Shown: positions 62,105 through 64,000 of the stretch, one piece after another
Layout: every line of letters begins with the position of its first letter
Position numbering within the stretch: position 1 is the stretch's first letter
Origin: Squalus acanthias
Taxonomy: Eukaryota
Assembly (NCBI GenBank): GCA_030390025.1
Contig: CM059433.1
Location: 25,484,001-25,548,000 of the forward strand
DNA: 64,000 nucleotides
Direction of reading: 5' to 3'
The notes under the pieces: generated by a model
What the model was told of the DNA's origin: nothing
Database searches by the model: none
What the model saw: the letters and a program-made list of their open reading frames with translations, nothing else
Program-made: the position numbers and the translations under genes

Positions 62105-62372
62105 TAACACCACCTCTAGCCTTGCATATCTCTTAATGTCTCTTAATGTCTCTTCATCTCCTCCTTTGTTCCTTTATCCCCTCCCCCTTTTCCCAGCTTT
62201 ACCCTGGCCTTAAATCTATTTGATTTCCAGCTCTTCCCAGTTCTGATGAAAGGTCATCGACCTGAAACGTCAACTCTCTTTCTCTCTCTACGGATGCTGC
62301 CTGGCCTGCTGAGTTTTTCCAGCGTTTTCTGTTGTTATTTCGGATTTCCAGCATCTGCAGTATTTTGCTATC
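62105..62372 (+). mobile_element. Penelope-like terminal fragment nested in the solo LTR
   Basis: Matches 51800-52060. Confidence 0.85.
62239..62275 (+). ncRNA. Minimal type I hammerhead ribozyme, intact core
   Basis: AGTT-CTGATGA-A-AGGTC atc GACCT-GAAA-CGTC-AACT; predicted GUC cleavage at 62271. Confidence 0.8.
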
Positions 62373-64000
62373 GTAATAGAAATGAGCTGATCTGGAGGGA
62401 GATTAGGACGACCGGGAGGGTATAACTGGGAAGACCCAGCCCCTCTCTCTCTCTCTCTCTGCCTGGATCCCGGTTCACCCTGTCTGTCTGCTAGCAGCCA
62501 AGAAAGAAGACCAGAAACTTCGTAGGCACGTTTCGACGGCAGAGACAGGGTACAGGGCCAGGTTTTTCCATCCATTTCACCGGTGAGCATTATCTTCTTC
62601 TGGCTGTCGCAAGACAATTTTAGTTAGGCGTAAGGGTGGGAATTAATGGGGATATTGCTAAAATTGTAATTTTAGGATTTTCCCTCGATGTGTCCGTTTC
62701 TCCTCCCATGTTAAGTGTAGAACCGTACTGCATAGTGATTTTGTTTTCTTCATATGATACTGTTTCTCTGTAGTTTTACTTCTGTAAATAAACATTAGTT
62801 TTCCTTGCACCAATCCACGGGTCTGTTCGTTTGTCCTTATCGCCGCTCGATAAGTCCTGGGCTCAGAACTAGGAAGGGGATAGCGATTCGCAACCGCACA
62901 GCGGGCAGGACAGTCCAGGAAAACATAACTGGCTGACCTACAAATAAGCCCCTGAGACAAAAACCCCTTACACAGTTGCACATTAATGGAATGGAAGGCC
63001 CTGCAAAGTCAGTAGGGTTGTGTGAATGAGCCTGCAGGTCAACATGGTTACAACCAGTGATGCCCCGGACTTGGAGAAATCCTGCCAGTCAGTGTGAACC
63101 CCACAGCCCTATCCTGCTGCTTCTGAATGTCCAGGGAGGATATGATGGAAATGCTTGCTTGAGCCTGCTTAATGCACGGCACAGGTAACTGGTGTTACTG
63201 ATATCCCCTGTGCCAAGGAGCCGAAGGCAAAGAAGTTGAAGGCTGCAGTCACCAACTGCAACAGGCAATGCTGTGCCAGCTGTGGCAGTTAGTTGTAGGA
63301 GGAGGCAACGCAACTCCGTGACTTCATCCCTAGAGATGTCCAGCCTTCTTGTGCCTTGCTCCTCAGAGAACTGCAGGTATGTTATCCTGGGCCTATGAAC
63401 TCTGTTGGGAGGGTAAGGATTCCTGCAAGTATGCCTCATTCTATTTAGTTCCCCTCCAGCTCGGTTTGATCCTTCCTTCTGCTCTTTCTCCTCTTGTTCC
63501 TGCTCCTCCACTTGGCAAAGTAGAATTGCCAGAAAGAGCCCCATGAATAAAAAGGTGCGATTCCAGAAGCCCCTTCCGAGTTCAGAGTGTTCTACAACAA
63601 CTACAAGCACTTTGATACTGTCTAAGTAGCACACTGTCTCCCAAAACTTTCTAGAGTAGTTTCTGAGAGCAGTTGAGGATCCCTTTAAATATGTCTGGAA
63701 ATGGCTGCCTCCCAAATTGTACCAGCCATGGTTCGTGGGTGAGAGCAGGATCTGGTGGCAGCAATGCAGGAAGAGGTAATATCGGTATAAAGGGTGGTAA
63801 CTACATCATTTGGCCTGGTTAGATATATTACTGTTACTGTCCGCCTAGATCGAGGTCTGCCCGAATATCGGGACAGGTGGGAATGCAGTGGTATATAAAT
63901 ACAAGTTGTTCTTGTTGGTATGTCGGTACTTCATTATGTGCTATTTAGACCCTGTTACCACTCCATTGTTAAACACAAATGGGCCTGTAGGTATACAACA

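Larger units (their letters stand above)
61445..62972 (+). mobile_element. Solo LTR, 4-bp TSD CAGT
   Basis: TGAAAGG...CCTTACA ends; CAGT at 61441-61444 and 62973-62976; TATAA at 62421; AATAAA at ~62787. Confidence 0.85.
60350..63850 (-). mobile_element. Degenerate Harbinger nuclease interrupted by a SINE and a solo LTR
   Basis: FHSINVQL|VCDHQ reads across the LTR insertion. LLGDKDY at ~61330. N-terminal part is in ORF 63089-63715 (PYPPNRVHRPR). Confidence 0.75.

Overview
Gene-poor, repeat-dense vertebrate genomic DNA. The repeat repertoire points to a shark or other cartilaginous fish (inference). No intact host gene, rRNA or tRNA gene can be supported. Most of the window is nested transposable elements: more than 12 CR1-group LINE copies (one full-length, two young with near-intact ORF2), L2, Penelope-like elements carrying minimal hammerhead ribozymes, several two-gene PIF/Harbinger transposons and derived MITEs, a hAT element, Deu-type, LF-type and other tRNA SINEs, a solo LTR and a Gypsy element. 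Four observations stand out. (1) A GC-rich Gypsy copy has precise TG...CA ends and a TSD but an internal 616-bp fold-back duplication of integrase. (2) A 16 x 60-bp minisatellite is shown by TSD and an empty-site paralogue to be the 5' end of a full-length CR1. (3) The apparently unique background DNA is itself an old tandem array of an unidentified ~1-kb unit (4-5 copies). (4) There are pre-miRNA-like hairpins and a promoter-laden hAT element. Identities and many boundaries are by-eye estimates, and family names are recalled rather than confirmed by a database search.
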